Shown: positions 37,676 to 50,831 of the stretch, in pieces | How positions within the stretch are numbered: position 1 is the stretch's first letter | Layout: every line of letters starts with the position of its first letter | Assembly: GCF_018350175.1 (NCBI RefSeq) | Contig: NC_058373.1 | Span: 104,472,001 to 104,536,000, forward strand | Length of the DNA: 64,000 bases | Source: Felis catus | Lineage: Eukaryota | Direction: 5' to 3' | Made by a program: the position numbers and the translations under genes | The notes under the pieces: model-generated | Seen by the model: only the letters and a program-made list of their open reading frames with translations | Database searches by the model: none | What the model was told of the DNA's origin: nothing

Positions 37676-40600
37676 CTGAAAACAGGAAAGGAATACAAAT
37701 GTGTGGAAATCAGGTTATAAAACAGTGACCAAAGAGGCACACAGTAGAATTACCAGTGTTTTTTCTTTTCTTTTTTTTTTTTTTACCATCATTTAAAGAG
37801 ACTGATAACTCTGGCTCACCTTCTCTCCAGAATCTCTGCTCTGTAAGGTACAGTATATATCTCATCCCCCATCCAAGCCATGACACTGCTCATGAACTTG
37901 GTGGATGCTACACTGCCCTTCCATGTATCCTACCCACTTTCTTGTAAAAGCATTACATATTTCAGCCCCAGAGACTTCGGCCTTGGCCACCTGTCCTGCT
38001 TTGTCTAATCAAATGTGAGCAGGGAGGTGTGAGGTATGCCACGGCCCAGCAGAACTGTTAAGAGGCATGACAAGGCCCCACTAAACTCTCTTGCTCTCCT
38101 TCTCTGTCACTAGAATGGAAATTCCCAAATAGGAGCTGTCCTTTCAGTCTCTGTGGGAGAATGAGCAGAAGCCAACCAAGGCAGCCTTGTCTCTGCTGAC
38201 ATGAAGAGTAAGTGAGAAATAAATATTTGTCGTTAGACTCCACTAAAGTGTTTTTAATTTTGTTTTTGATTTTCTTAAAGTGCAGCAAAGCTGGCTCTTA
38301 AATTGAAGAGCAATGTGCCCCAAGAACAGGGCGAATCCTGACGACACAAAATCGTTTCCCACCCACCTCAGAACAAATTACTATTTAATGTATTTCTGGG
38401 AGCACACTGAGTTCAGCTTTGTATCTTTACATTTACTAAGAAAATTCAGCAGCGGTTTTTACATTAGAGTAGTCAAAACTTCCTGAAAGTGACGATCATA
38501 AAGGCCTTCTCCCTTGATAGAGAAAAAACAAGTTCAACACAATAACTTTATGTACCTCTCAGGAAACTAAAGGGGAGCAGAGGTCATCCTGAATCCCCAG
38601 GCTGAGATCCCAGGTGGTAGAATCCTGAGGGAAGGGAGGCAGAATCGCCTACAAGTTCTCTCCTGTCTCCAGGTACCTCCTCTGAGCACAAGGTTTATCC
38701 CTGGGGTTAAGAAAGTGGTGTGGTCCACAGATTGCAAGTGGGAGTGGATGGTAGTCATTTTACCTCTCCGGAACCTGCTGACTCTCTCGTGCTGAATGTG
38801 TTCCTCCTACTGCTTAATGAGCCAGGCGTGACTGCCCCGCTGGAGTAAAAACTTTCCCATTGCTAAGGCTTTCTGTTATAATTATTTGGGGAGGGGGGGG
38901 GGGTAGCAAGCCTTTAAGGTGAATTCTGAATTGGAGAATATAAACCAAGTAATGACAAACACAGCAATTACCACATGACTTCCGAGTCTTATAAACCGTA
39001 CTGAATTCTCAGGGCCAAGGCCTCTAGAAGATGAAAACTGGTATTCTTTCATTTATATATTCAACAAAATACTTGGTAATCAATCAGATCACCGGGAGCT
39101 GGTTAGCTAGTTGGGTGCCAGGGGTTCAAAAGGGAAAGACGTGAGCTCACATCCCAGTGGAAAGCCAGAACACACATCCAACACAAGTGTGATAAGGGCC
39201 AAAGACGGTAGATACTAGGCCACATGGAGGCAGAGGAGCAGCACTGGTTAAGGGATGGGGTGGAAAGTGATTAGGAGAAACTTCCATGATGCAGTGACAT
39301 TGAGTCTCGAAGTGTGAGCCAGCTAGCTCCCTTTACTGTGTATAGACAATACCTGCTCTTGATAAGAGTTCTGCAAATCCTCCCTACAACCATCTGACTT
39401 ATGCAGAGAGTAGAGGGGAGAAAATAAAATGGGTAAGAGGGTAGAATAAGAGACTCTTGTCTTGGGAGGCTGGGAGAGAAACATTAACCTACTCAGTTAA
39501 ATAGGTATTACCACTTCCATTTTACAGATGAAAAAACTGAGGCTTATGTGAAAGGTTGTCCAAGGTTGAACCCAAGTCAGCATGACTCTAGGCTCCAAAG
39601 CTTTTATTCTGAACACTCCTTCTGTCTAGGTTTCAGGCTTGAGCTCTCCATTCAAGCACTGGAAGTTTCAGAAGGGATTTGGAGACAAATTTCTGTTTCC
39701 TGATGAGAATGGTAGTCTTGTACAAAGTTTAAGAGGAGTGATGTCTAAGAGAAAGGTATACTCTACATTTCAGATTATTAATTCTCAGGGACTATCTCAT
39801 AAAGGAGGAATGATTCTACAGAGATTCTCAATATCCCTTTAAGTTGATATCTGCCTTCACTGTCACCTTCTCTGAAGGTCGCTTGGTGCCACCATCATAC
39901 CATGGACAGTACTTTTGATGACATTCGTCGTCACCTAAATCCCTCCATATCTTTGACCCATTCTTCTGCTAACTAGATGTAATTGTTGCCAATCTTTAAT
40001 TCTACCGCCTATAGATACCCTAGAAAGACTGGGCCTACAGAGCTCTTTTATTTTTCTGGTCATTTAAAATTTTCGACAGTCCTGCTTAGCCTAATGGTTT
40101 TGTATGTATCCTTCAAACTGATATACCAGGAGTTCCATCCCTTACTACGAGCCTGGATTAGAGTCATTACTGGTAGAGGCCACTGGAATTTGGACACATG
40201 AGTAGAACCATTGTATGGCCCTGAGCACATGTCTGATTCTAGCTTAGCTTCTTCATCTGCCAAACAGTGATAATATTTGCCTCATGGGATTTGTTTTGAG
40301 GTTAAGTACATAGTATATTCCTGAAAGCATGGTGAGCTGCTCTTCAGATTATTCTCCTTTTCTCATTTTTCTGTGGTGCCCTGGAATAACCCTAAGCGCC
40401 TTCTGAATCATCACAGAAAGAGTAAATTACGTCCCATGTGATCTTTCACGGCATAGCCTTTGACATGTGTAGTTTGCATAGGACAGATATGGCAAGTCTT
40501 TGTCAACCAGCATGTTTAATTTGTAGTTTGCATATGATAGATAAAGCAAGTCCTTATTAACCAGAATACTTAATTAACTGGAACATTCTATTCTGCAGAT

Positions 40601-41780
40601 AACTGGGATAATAGGAATATTACTGCAACTTATTAAAGCCAATTAAAATTTTCTGAAGATTTATGATGCCATTTTCTTCATTTTGTTAAAAAGAGCCTTA
40701 GCCTTAGGGTCAATAGTTGCTGATACAGTGTTTTAAAATATTGTCACTTTTTGAAAAAAATATCTTTTCTTATATAAAAAAAAACCCTCTTATCCAATTA
40801 GTAGTACCCTAGAAGAGGCTTTCATATTTCCTGTATACCTTTATTTACTGCCCCCCATCCCTGAGTCCCCTGAATTTCCATTTCCCTTCTATTTATTTTT
40901 TTAGGCCAGTTTTCTCCAAGTTATGTTTTGTTTTCAACTAACCACTTATTTTGGATGGAGTATTTTGTTGTTGTTGTTTGCTGTTTGATTATTGTTTTTA
41001 AGGATGCAAGAGATGTTAAATATGTTACTGATAAAGCAGAAGGAATGAGTGGAAGGAGAGATTGCAAATGCAGGTGAAAAGTGATGGAGAGGAAGTGATC
41101 AGGGACATAGCAAAAGGAGTTCACATCGGAACGGCAGGAACAACACACATTAAAGACAGTCCCAAAGTGATGGTCACTGGCAAACAAAAGAATGGAGACA
41201 TCAAGGCAAAGAGGCAAGCGTCTGTTGGCACACAACTGTTTTTGCTTTTTGCAGAAACGGAAGTGTGGTCATGTGATGAGAGGAAGTGAGTATGAACTGG
41301 GTACTTGAGCACATTCTCTGGGGAAGGCCATAAGATGTCCACCGCCAAGAAGTACTGGTGTGGGCAACAGCCTAGTGGACTCAGGTGCATTGGGAAATTA
41401 CAAATTTGCTGGGAAACTCCTGGTTCTAGTTATGAGATGTATCGAGCAATTCCAGTAACCCAAGTAACCCGGGAGTTGTTGAGTGTGGTCAAATGTATGT
41501 GAGGAAAGTGTAGAGGACTTGACTGATTAGTTAAATGCTGATCAGGGAAGCAGGCGGTGTCCTGAAGGTGCAAAACTGGGGAAACTAGAAGGGCTCCAAA
41601 GACCGGCAGTCCAGACGAGCACAAAAGCAGAGTCTGTGATTTTACTAACAGTGTTTTCATTCTTCTTAGAGTGGGAGTGCGCTACCACTGACTCCCAGGG
41701 CTGAGATCAAAGATGCTGGCTTTTGACATCTTCAAGATGCGGAAACTAGATACCCTGTAAACTTAATAGGGTGTCACCAT

Positions 41781-41783
<3 letters not shown>

Positions 41784-41815
<32 letters not shown>

Positions 41816-42035
41816 TTATTATTATTATTTTTAACGTTTATTTATTTTTGAGACAGAGAGAGACGGAGCATGAACGGGGGAGGGTCAGAGAGAGGGAGAC
41901 ACAGAATCTGAAACAGGCTCCAGGCTCTGAGCTGTCAGCACAGAGCCTGACTCGGGGCTCGAATTCACAGACTGTGAGATCATGACCTGAGCCGAAGTCG
42001 GACGCTTAACAACCGGCTGAGCCACCCAGGCGCCC
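41784..42035 (-). mobile_element. CAN-SINE with (TTTA)n/(TTA)n tail
   Basis: TSD gggtgtcaccattta. Confidence 0.9.
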
Positions 42036-42284
42036 TGGGTGTCACCATTTAATCATGTGTTAAGCCCTGCAACGGCAGGTTTTGGTATTTGGTTTCTCTG
42101 CTACACTGTACGTATCCCACTAACAGATCCCATCTATACATGTCCCTTCTTCCTTCTCCTCCCACTTGATAAACTCCCCACTTCTCAGAGTCCGTGTAAC
42201 ATCCCTGCGTTCTGGGCCAATGGTGTGATCTTTCACGGCTGGTTCAAAGGTTACCTAGGTGTACTGTTATTTAAGAGGAGGTCA

Positions 42285-42459
42285 GAGAGGGAGGGAGCCA
42301 AAACATAAGAGACTCTTAAAAACAGAACTGAGGGTTGGTGGGGGGTGAGAGGGACGAGAGGGTGGGTGATGGGTATTGAGGAGGGCGCCTGTTGGAACGA
42401 GCACTGGGTGTTGTATGGAAACCAATTTGACAATAAATTTCATATTTAAAAAAAAAAAA
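42285..42459 (+). mobile_element. 5'-truncated feline L1 3' end adjacent to the exon 2 donor
   Basis: L1 3' UTR, AATAAA, poly(A), TSD aaga(g/a)gaggtca. Confidence 0.88.
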
Positions 42460-42480
42460 AAGAAGAGGTCACCAGCTCAC

Positions 42481-42666
42481 CTGATCTGTTCTGCCTTTCA
42501 ACTCTATGTCCGCAAACTCCAGAAGATCCTCGGCTCTGAAGTTCAAGAATAGGAGCAGAAGAATCTTCGGTGACAGAAAGAGGGGACAGTTGCCTACTGA
42601 TGCCACTGTGTGAACTGGGGCAGTTGGCTCCTGGTTTACATCGAGTAACTGATGATCTGGAGGTAC
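42481..42666 (-). CDS. SLC35F4: SLC35F4 coding exon (exon 2 of the 8-exon isoform), 186 nt
   Basis: Acceptor ttctccccag, donor gtgagc. Translates (G/S)TSRSSVTRCKPGANCPSSHSGISRQLSPLSVTEDSSAPILELQSRGSSGVCGHRVERQNRS, matching the SLC35F4 N-terminal region. Phase 1-1, in frame with the next exon. Confidence 0.93.
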
Positions 42667-42739
42667 CTGGGGAGAAAGAGTTCATACCAGGTTGAGAACC
42701 TGCCAAAAGAAAACCTGGAAACAGATTTTGTTCATTTGT

Positions 42740-44203
42740 ATTATTTTTTTAAAGTAGGCTCCAATGCAGGGCTTGAACCCACAACCCTGAGGTCAAGACC
42801 TGAGCTGAGATCAGGAACTGGACACGTAACCAAATGAGCCACCCAGGTACCCCTGGAACAAGATTTTATTTTTTTTTAATTTTTTTTTCAACGTTTATTT
42901 ATTTTTGGGACAGAGAGAGACAGAGCATGAACGGGGGAGGGGCAGAGAGAGAGGGAGACACAGAATCGGAAACAGGCTCCAGGCTCTGAGCCATCAGCCC
43001 AGAGCCTGACGCGGGGCTTGAACTCACGGACCACGAGATCGTGACCTGGCTGAAGTCGGACGCTTAACCGACTGCGCCACCCAGGCGCCCCGACCCTGGA
43101 ACAAGATTTTAAATGCCCTGGCAGTAAAACACACAGCCCTGATGGAACTTTCCTTGAGCTCATTTCTAATTTTATCAGAGGGGCTCCTAAAAAGAAAATT
43201 CTGCGTTGGCAAGGTCTGTGTCCCTAAGATGAAGGATCTTTTTAGATAACTCTGTCCACCAAAACTGAACTTTAGAAAATGGCGCTTGGTCTGATGCACC
43301 TGTTCTGAATTAGAACTGCTAACAACAGTCAAACAGTTTACCTCAAGGGAGGGAAACTGTGACATCATGCTTGCATCCTCCTTATTCTTCCTAAGGTTGG
43401 CTGTTGAATTCCTAACTAGTGAAAGTGCCCACAGTGACTCCTGTCGAGTCCACCCTACGCTTTTCCATCGGACTGGTCACTAAAGTCCAATTTGGTTGTG
43501 TCTCCTCAATCACCTCTGGCCTCTACCCGCTCTTACAGATGAAAACGCAGGCCTCAGGATCCTCCACGGGTTAAGCCCCTCCCAATGCTGATTAATCTCC
43601 ATGGACCCCCACCCAGGGTTGGCTTCATGGGCCTGGAGCCAGTGCAGTCACACGGGGTGCTGTGCTTCTTTGGAAGAACCTCACACACCCCCACCCCCCA
43701 AGGTCCAGGGTGCCACGTGGAAATTCTTTTACCTTTCAGTTTTTTTGTGTGTGACTTTTTTATTTACTTATTTAATTTTATTTTTGAAAGAGAGAGAGAG
43801 AGAGGCACAGAGCATAGGCGGGGAAGGGGCAGAGAGAAGGAGACACAGAATCTGAAGCAGGCTCCGGGCTCTGAGCTGTCAGCACAGTGCCCGATGCGGG
43901 GCTTGAACCCATGAACCACGAGATCATGACCTGTGCCGAAGTTGGATGCTTAACTGATCGAGCCACCCAAACTCCCCCTTCTATCTTTTTTTTTTAAAGT
44001 TTATTTACTTGAGAGAGACAGTGAGAGAGCGTGAGTGAGCATGAGCAGGGGAGGGGCAGAGAGAGAGGAGACAGAGAATCCCAAGCAGGCTCCATGTCGT
44101 CCATGTTGAGCCCGATGCGGGCTTAAACTCACGAACTGCAAGTCCTGACCCGAGACGAAATCCAGAGTGGGTCACTTAACCTACTGAGCCCCCCAGGTGC
44201 CCC
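42740..44203 (-). mobile_element. Four CAN-SINEs (42740-42853, 42868-43091 young, 43755-43978, 43985-44203)
   Basis: Antisense SINE consensus with TSDs. Confidence 0.87.
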
Positions 44204-45964
44204 TCTAAGTGACTTCTGATGGGATAATGGAGCACAAGCAGGGGGCTTGGAGCCTCAGCTCAGGCTTGGTTTTGCCTCCTGTTGTCTCCCCACCTCCTGG
44301 GGTGGGTTTTCAGCCACCACACCTGAGTCCTTGGTTAACAACTGTACAGGGACCTGGGTACTGGTATGGGGAGTGTTGGGATCTCAGGGTGAGACTCCCA
44401 GTGCCTGCGGGGGCCTGCATTCACCCAGCAAGCGTCCCTCTGTCCAAGGGAGCAGATGTTAAATAGCAAATAAAAAATGCCATGGTAAGTAGAGAGACAG
44501 AGAACATAAGAAAGGAAAAAAAAACCATTTTCTGCTTTTTGAACAAGGAACTTGACATTTTCACTTGGCACCGGAACCTCAAATTACATAGCTAACCCTG
44601 CCCCCATCTGAACACTCCATTCCAGCGAGGCTGGTTCTGGCTGTGTTCTGACACCTTACTCTTAGTACTGATAGCTTTAAGCCTTTTACTGGGTTATCCC
44701 TCTACCTGGAACATCCTGAATCTACCCAGGCCTTTAAATAATAAGATCAAATCCTGATCGGTTCATTCAGTCTTTGCTGTTAAGTCACATGCATCTACAC
44801 TTTCTTTGAACTTTCACCGAAGGAGCTCATTTTGACGGTAGTCATGCACTGGCTTCCCCGGGGCTTCACTTTCTCACGTGTGAATGCTTCGACTCTGTCT
44901 GCAGAAGCTGCCTGCCTCTCCGTCTGTCGGAGACTGTTCTACACTCTCTCACCGTCCCTTGCTCTGGGTAAATGTTTAATTTTGAAATAATTTTATATTT
45001 ACAGAACGGTCGGAAAGATAGTCCAGAGAGTTCCCAGATGCTCTTTACCCAGGTTCCTCCAATGTTAACATCTTGCATCTTCTGGTGCATTTGTCAAAAT
45101 GAAGAGATTAACGTTGGTAAGTACCATTGACCACATTCCAAATGTTCTTTGGATGCCACTAGCTTTATCACTAATGGCCTTTTCCTGGGCCAGGACTCCA
45201 CCCAGGACACCACATTACATTCAGTCATCGTGTCTCCTTGGCTGCCTATGTTTGTTCACAGAGTACATTTATTTTTCCTTGTAAGTTAGGAGTGTCTCTA
45301 TTTCCAGTAGATACTCTGCTCTGCAGAACAGAAGCTATCATCCTCTCTGGGTCACAGAGGTTATGTCTTGGCGTGGTGCTTTCTGAGATGGTAGAAAACC
45401 AACCAATGAAATGCAAAATCTTGAAATAGCAATGGCGTCTTGGCTTTAGTTTGGCTTTGAATAATCATGTCACAGACTGTGTGAGTAATCACGTAAAGCA
45501 ATCTAATCAGAACTTTGAGAAGCAGTGGTGTCCAGAAAAAGAACGCTTGAATTCCTGAACCATCATCTCCCGCAAGAACCGAGCAGAACTGCAGAGCAAC
45601 TTAGCTGTGAGTGTTCGTTCTGCGTTCCAAGCCTCCCCATCTATGACAAAAGTGTATCTTGTTTTCTTTCCTTTTCTATTTTTCTCAGTCTTGGGAAAAA
45701 CAAGGAGAAGTCTATAAAAATGGAATTAGCTATAGCATCTATTATTAAGTGTCTCAAGTTGCCCTAATTAAAATGTATTATATAATCTTGCATTTAAAAG
45801 AATAAAAAATGTAGGAGTACTCAAAAAAATCAATAGAAGAATTACAGACCAATTATTATGCCTAAATTAATGCTATATTAGTATTATTACAAAAGTGTCA
45901 AAACACATAAGGTTGTTAGTTTACATATCCAAAATGTTTACTGTGACTTTCACAACTATGTTTC

Positions 45965-46178
45965 TTTTTTTAAAATTTTTTAAAATATTTATTTATTTTT
46001 GAGAGGGACAGAGTATGAGTGGGGGAGGGGCAGAGAGAGGGAGACACAGAATCTGAAGCAAGCTCCAGGCTCCAAGCTGTCAGCACAGAGCCCCATGCTG
46101 GGCTTGAACTCACGAACTGCGAGATCACGAGCTGAGCCAAAGTTTGCCACTTAGCTGACTGAACCACCCAGGCACCCA
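45965..46178 (-). mobile_element. CAN-SINE
   Basis: TSD caactatgtttct. Confidence 0.9.
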
Positions 46179-46472
46179 TCCAACTATGTTTCTAATTGAG
46201 TATTTCAAATTCAATGAAAAGAGTCTGTTTAAAATCCAGTGAACTCTCATTTATGTTCTTCCAGAGGGGCTGACACTCAGATACTCCAGGAGTCATTTTT
46301 AATTTCTTTCAAGTATTTTTCATCAGTGAGTTACGCCTTCTCATGTTTTCTTAGGGGAATATCAGGTTTCATTTTGTGATCATTTGGCAATTACAGGCCA
46401 AAAGGAGGAAGTCCAAAAATAGGTTGGGAAGCTAGTTGAGCAAAGATTGAGATAAAACATTGGCCATAGACA

Positions 46473-46674
46473 CTAAGAAGTTGGTAAATCATGTGTATCT
46501 GGGAGCGTTGGATTTGTAAGCCAAACTAGTGATTTCTCCGGCTTCCTCATTTTCACTAAGTGTTATGTCCTGGCTTCTGCACCTCCTGGTCCCTAAGCAA
46601 TACAGCTCAACACCCATTTTCTGCTGCCTCACGCTGGTTGATTTGTGGACGAGATCCGGGAGCAGTTGAGCCAC
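46473..46674 (-). pseudogene. Disabled counterpart of the human alternative first coding exon of SLC35F4
   Basis: Piecewise translation VAQLLPDLVHKSTSVRQ / AAENGC*AVLLRDQEVQKPGHN / LVKMRKPEKSLVWLTNPTL / RYT*FTNFL resembles the N-terminus of the long human isoform as I recall it. Frameshifts and stops are present. Confidence 0.7.
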
Positions 46675-48273
46675 TGGAGACATTTAAACCATTGTCCTAA
46701 AAAGGCACACTTTAAACTTCAGAGCCAGGCCCAGAGGCACGGTCAGGGCTTGAACCAGTCATCTCCAATCCTGGAAGTGAAAACACCACCCCACGCTACA
46801 CAGTCTTGTGCCATTCACTTAATATAAAGCCAATTCTGACAAAAATCATATTCAGAATGTCACCTGGGATGCTAGGTGATATCATATCTATTTCCTATTG
46901 TCTATGCCACAGTGAGCACCTGGGCATCACAAATTCAGTTAGTGAAAAGTGTTTAGACTTTAATAAGTATTGAGAGTAAACTGTATTAGAAGTGATAGGT
47001 TGGAAGTCTCTCATTAGTCACCCAGACGGCCCCCACTCTTCCTTGTAAAGACATCTGCTCACGTGAGCCATAGCAGTAGGGCCATCTTGTGTCATTTTTC
47101 ATATTTGTCCATGCATAACGATATAATTTCTTCATTCACACTGGTTAGGCTCTGCATGTTCCCCAAATCAACTTAACTCAACAAATAGTTATTAAGCCAC
47201 GATTCCAGGGCAGGTATTGTGTCAGGAACAGGAGTTAGATAATGAAGAATACACAGTCCCTGCCTGCATGGGGCCTTCAACATGGTATTGGGATCAGACT
47301 TGTAACCAATTAACCATAATTTAATGTGAATTGGAGAGCAAGAAGAAAGGGAGTGATTCATTGTGCCTGGAGCAGGGAAGTCTCTATGGGTTGCTACATC
47401 AAAGTTGGCTTTGAACGATGAGCGGCGCTTTGCCAGACAGAGTTCTAGGCTGAGGAATAGGCGACAGAGTCAGAGGAAACCACAGGAGCAAATACTCAGA
47501 GGGGTAAAGAGGACGCTATGAAACAATGGTGGGATGAGCAGCTCTAAGGTGCTGAATTCTGAGTACAAACAAGCACTGAAAATCCTTTCAGGAGTGTTGT
47601 TCAGATTAAATGGTCCACAGAACGTACGCAATCAATGTACACTATTTTAAGGAAAAATAAGCAGCTAAACAAAAATGATCATTAATGGTACTTTATCAGT
47701 GAGAACGTCTGACTTCAGATCATAGAAATCCACACTCGATCAGTTTACGCAAAAATGGGGAGTTTTTAGGAGCTTAGCAACCAAGGGACAGGGCAGCCAG
47801 GAATGTCCCTAAACCTCAGGAACACCTGGGACCTGGGGCAGCGTGTAGGCAGACAGTCCCCACCTCCCACTGCAGGTGCCAGATTCACGTCTTCTCGCTT
47901 GGCCTCTGTTTGCCTTTCTCTGCAGAAAATTTAATCATTTGAAGCTCCCAGCTTTCCAGTCTTGTGGCTAGCCTCCTGGGAGAAATCTAGTTGCCCAGAG
48001 TCAAAAATCTCGAGGCAGGAAATTGTGTCTTACACTGATGCCTGGTACAATTTCTGTGGCCACAGATCACGGCGACAACACCAGGAAAGGGCAAGTGGGG
48101 CTGGGGTGACAGGGCCCCGGGCGTCCACTTAGAAACCTCAAAGCAAAAAGGGCAAAGAAATGCTGAGTAAAGCCTAATCAGAGTGTAAGGTGTAGGGTTC
48201 TCAGACGACAACTTGAAAAGCCGTGTGATAAAAAGTAACTAACTAGGAAAAGGTCTTTGGAAAGTAGATGAGA

Positions 48274-48490
48274 GGGGCGCCTGGGTGGCTCAGTCGGTTA
48301 AGCGGCCGACTTCGGCCCAGGTCATGATCTCGCGGTCCGTGAGTTTGAGCCCCGCATCGGGCTCTGTGCTGACAGCTCAGAGCCTGGAGCCTGTTTCAGA
48401 TTCTGTGTCTCCCTCTCTCTGGCCCTCCCCCGTTCATGCTTTGTCTCTCTCTGTCTCAAAAATAAATAAACGCTAAAAAAAAAAAAAAAA
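48274..48490 (+). mobile_element. CAN-SINE
   Basis: TSD aaagtagatgaga. Confidence 0.92.
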
Positions 48491-49189
48491 AGTAGATGAG
48501 AAAGAAGCAATGTGTCAGGTAAGAAGATTCTGTGTGAGCACAAGACGACTTGGAAGATAATGGACCAGACTCTAGACATCATCCTAATAAGAGCCCTGCC
48601 GTTGACTCTCATCTCTCATGAACACAAAAAATCAAGGACATATTTGGTTCTACTAAGCATTATACTGAACAGTGAGCTAGAGATCTTATCCTCACTTGCC
48701 CCAAGCTATGCCACATACTTAGCTGAAACACCACAGGTAGCCCTGATGCCCAAACATAAAGACACCGTCCTGGGGATGGGGGATGTGGGTGGGGGGTGTT
48801 GGGAAGGAAAGTGGAGTCGGAGAGGTAGGAGCTGTACGACAAGAGGCAGCATAAAGTCCTAGAAAGACTTCCCGGAAGGGCAGGACACCGATTGTCTATG
48901 TCCTCTCAGGTAAATCACTTGACTTCTCTTTGTCTGTATTCTTTCATACTCTGAAATTTAGTGATTGAGCAAAATGATCTCCTAAATCCCTGTAGCTTTC
49001 TCTCCTTTGATTTAAAGATATTTCAAGCAAGCACCTGCAAATCATGTTTAACCATACAACAAACTCTGTCGATTTTCAGCTAATTTTTTATACCCAATTA
49101 TATTAGTCAAGGTTTCAGAAGGAAGGGAGAGCAAACTCAAAATTAGGATACTTTATTAGAAAGGTGCTCAAGGTTTAGGGCTATAAGGC

Positions 49190-49563
49190 TATATGGTACC
49201 CTAAGCCGCCCACTGCAGCATCACCTGGGAGCTTGTTAGCAATGCAAATTCTTAGGGCACCTGGGTGGTTCAATGGGTTAACTGTCTGACTTTGACTCGG
49301 GTCATGATCTTGCGGTTCGTGGGTTTGAGCCATGCGTCATGCTGTAGGCCGGAGCCGCCTTTGGATTTTGTGTCTCCTGGTCTCTCTACCCCTCCCCCGC
49401 TCATGCTCTGTCTCTCAAATATAAACTTCAAAAAAGATTTTTTAAATGCAAATTCTCAGCAGCCACTTCAGACTATTAAATTAGAAACTGCGGTGGGGGT
49501 AACCTGTGATTTAAGGAGCCCTCCAGGTGATTCCAATGCAAGTTAAAATTTTGAGAACCACTG
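49190..49563. mobile_element. MER5A-like hAT element split by a CAN-SINE (+, about 49255-49443)
   Basis: gcatcacctgggagcttgttag...ccaggtgattcc...tttgagaaccactg. TSD aatgcaaattct. Confidence 0.82.
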
Positions 49564-50831
49564 TATGTGATACCACAGGGGGGAGGGAAGTACTCAGGTG
49601 TAACGAAGGCTCCCTCTTACTATACTTAGGCCTGAAGGGACAAGGAGAGGGAGTGATTGGAAAAATCTGGAAGGAGAGGCTTGCCTGAGATGAGTTATGA
49701 CTTTTTATTAAGGTAGGCATCCAGCTGGGAGTTCCTGAAAATAGTCCTTTCCTTTGATATCTCTTAGGGACCCCCCTTGATCAGTAAACCAAGGCCAGAG
49801 GGCAAGACAGCCTATTTCCGTAGTCCATACAGTTCAACTGCCACAAAGAAAGAGAAGTAGAGAAAGGTTGTGGGGCAGGTAGAAAAAGAATCTGGAGGGG
49901 CAAAGGTATCTATATACCATGTTTCTATAATAATATTATAATCACAGAATCAGGGCCTAGACCACAAGATCTCCTAGCTGTAAGCTTCTTTGATGAATGA
50001 TTCTTCTTTGATGATTCTTCCAACCAATCTCTTGAAAGTCATACTTTAAGCATAAAACTAGCTTTGACTATTTTCAAATAATCTTTTATAAGTGTGTTGC
50101 TTTTAAATATGCATGATCTTTCCTGCCAAGATGTTACAATCACTGAAGAAACATCGAAGACAGAAATGCAATCCTGAATTTTGACTTGGAGTTGGTTGGA
50201 AGTTACAACAATCACTTTGACATTCTGTCTTATAAAAACAGGTAAGATACCAACAATTCAACAAAAGGTTATGTAAAAAGCCATATTTCAGCTTATTTTT
50301 TTAAACTCATGTTCCATCAAATTACAATGGCAGAAAATACTCCTTGTAGTGAGGGAATATTTATTGTCATCAGTATTGGTTGAGTTTTCATTGAAGTCTA
50401 TATGGAATTTGCAAAAAAGTTACTCATTTCTTAGGTAAACACTTAATCCTAGGATTACTGAAAGGGGTCAGCATGGTGGATGGTTAATACACAAGCAATA
50501 TACCAACTTTCTGTTTCAATTCTGCACTGCCTTACTCTTTAAAGCCCAAGGTCTCCTGCACAACACTGTTTTACTTACTAGTATTATTCACTCTATGTAG
50601 CTCTGAACATTCTTGATTCATTTCACAGAGAAATATCTTTTAAAATAACCTAGTTGTTGGTTATATTATTATGCGTATTTTTTGTACCAAATTTTTTTCA
50701 AGACTTGCTAATTATCTTCTTGCTAACCATCTCATCTTATTCAAGACGTAAATATGAAATATTTGGCATATTAATGCCATATATAGGCCATATATAATGC
50801 CATAATATAGGCATATTAAAGTGACCTTTTA

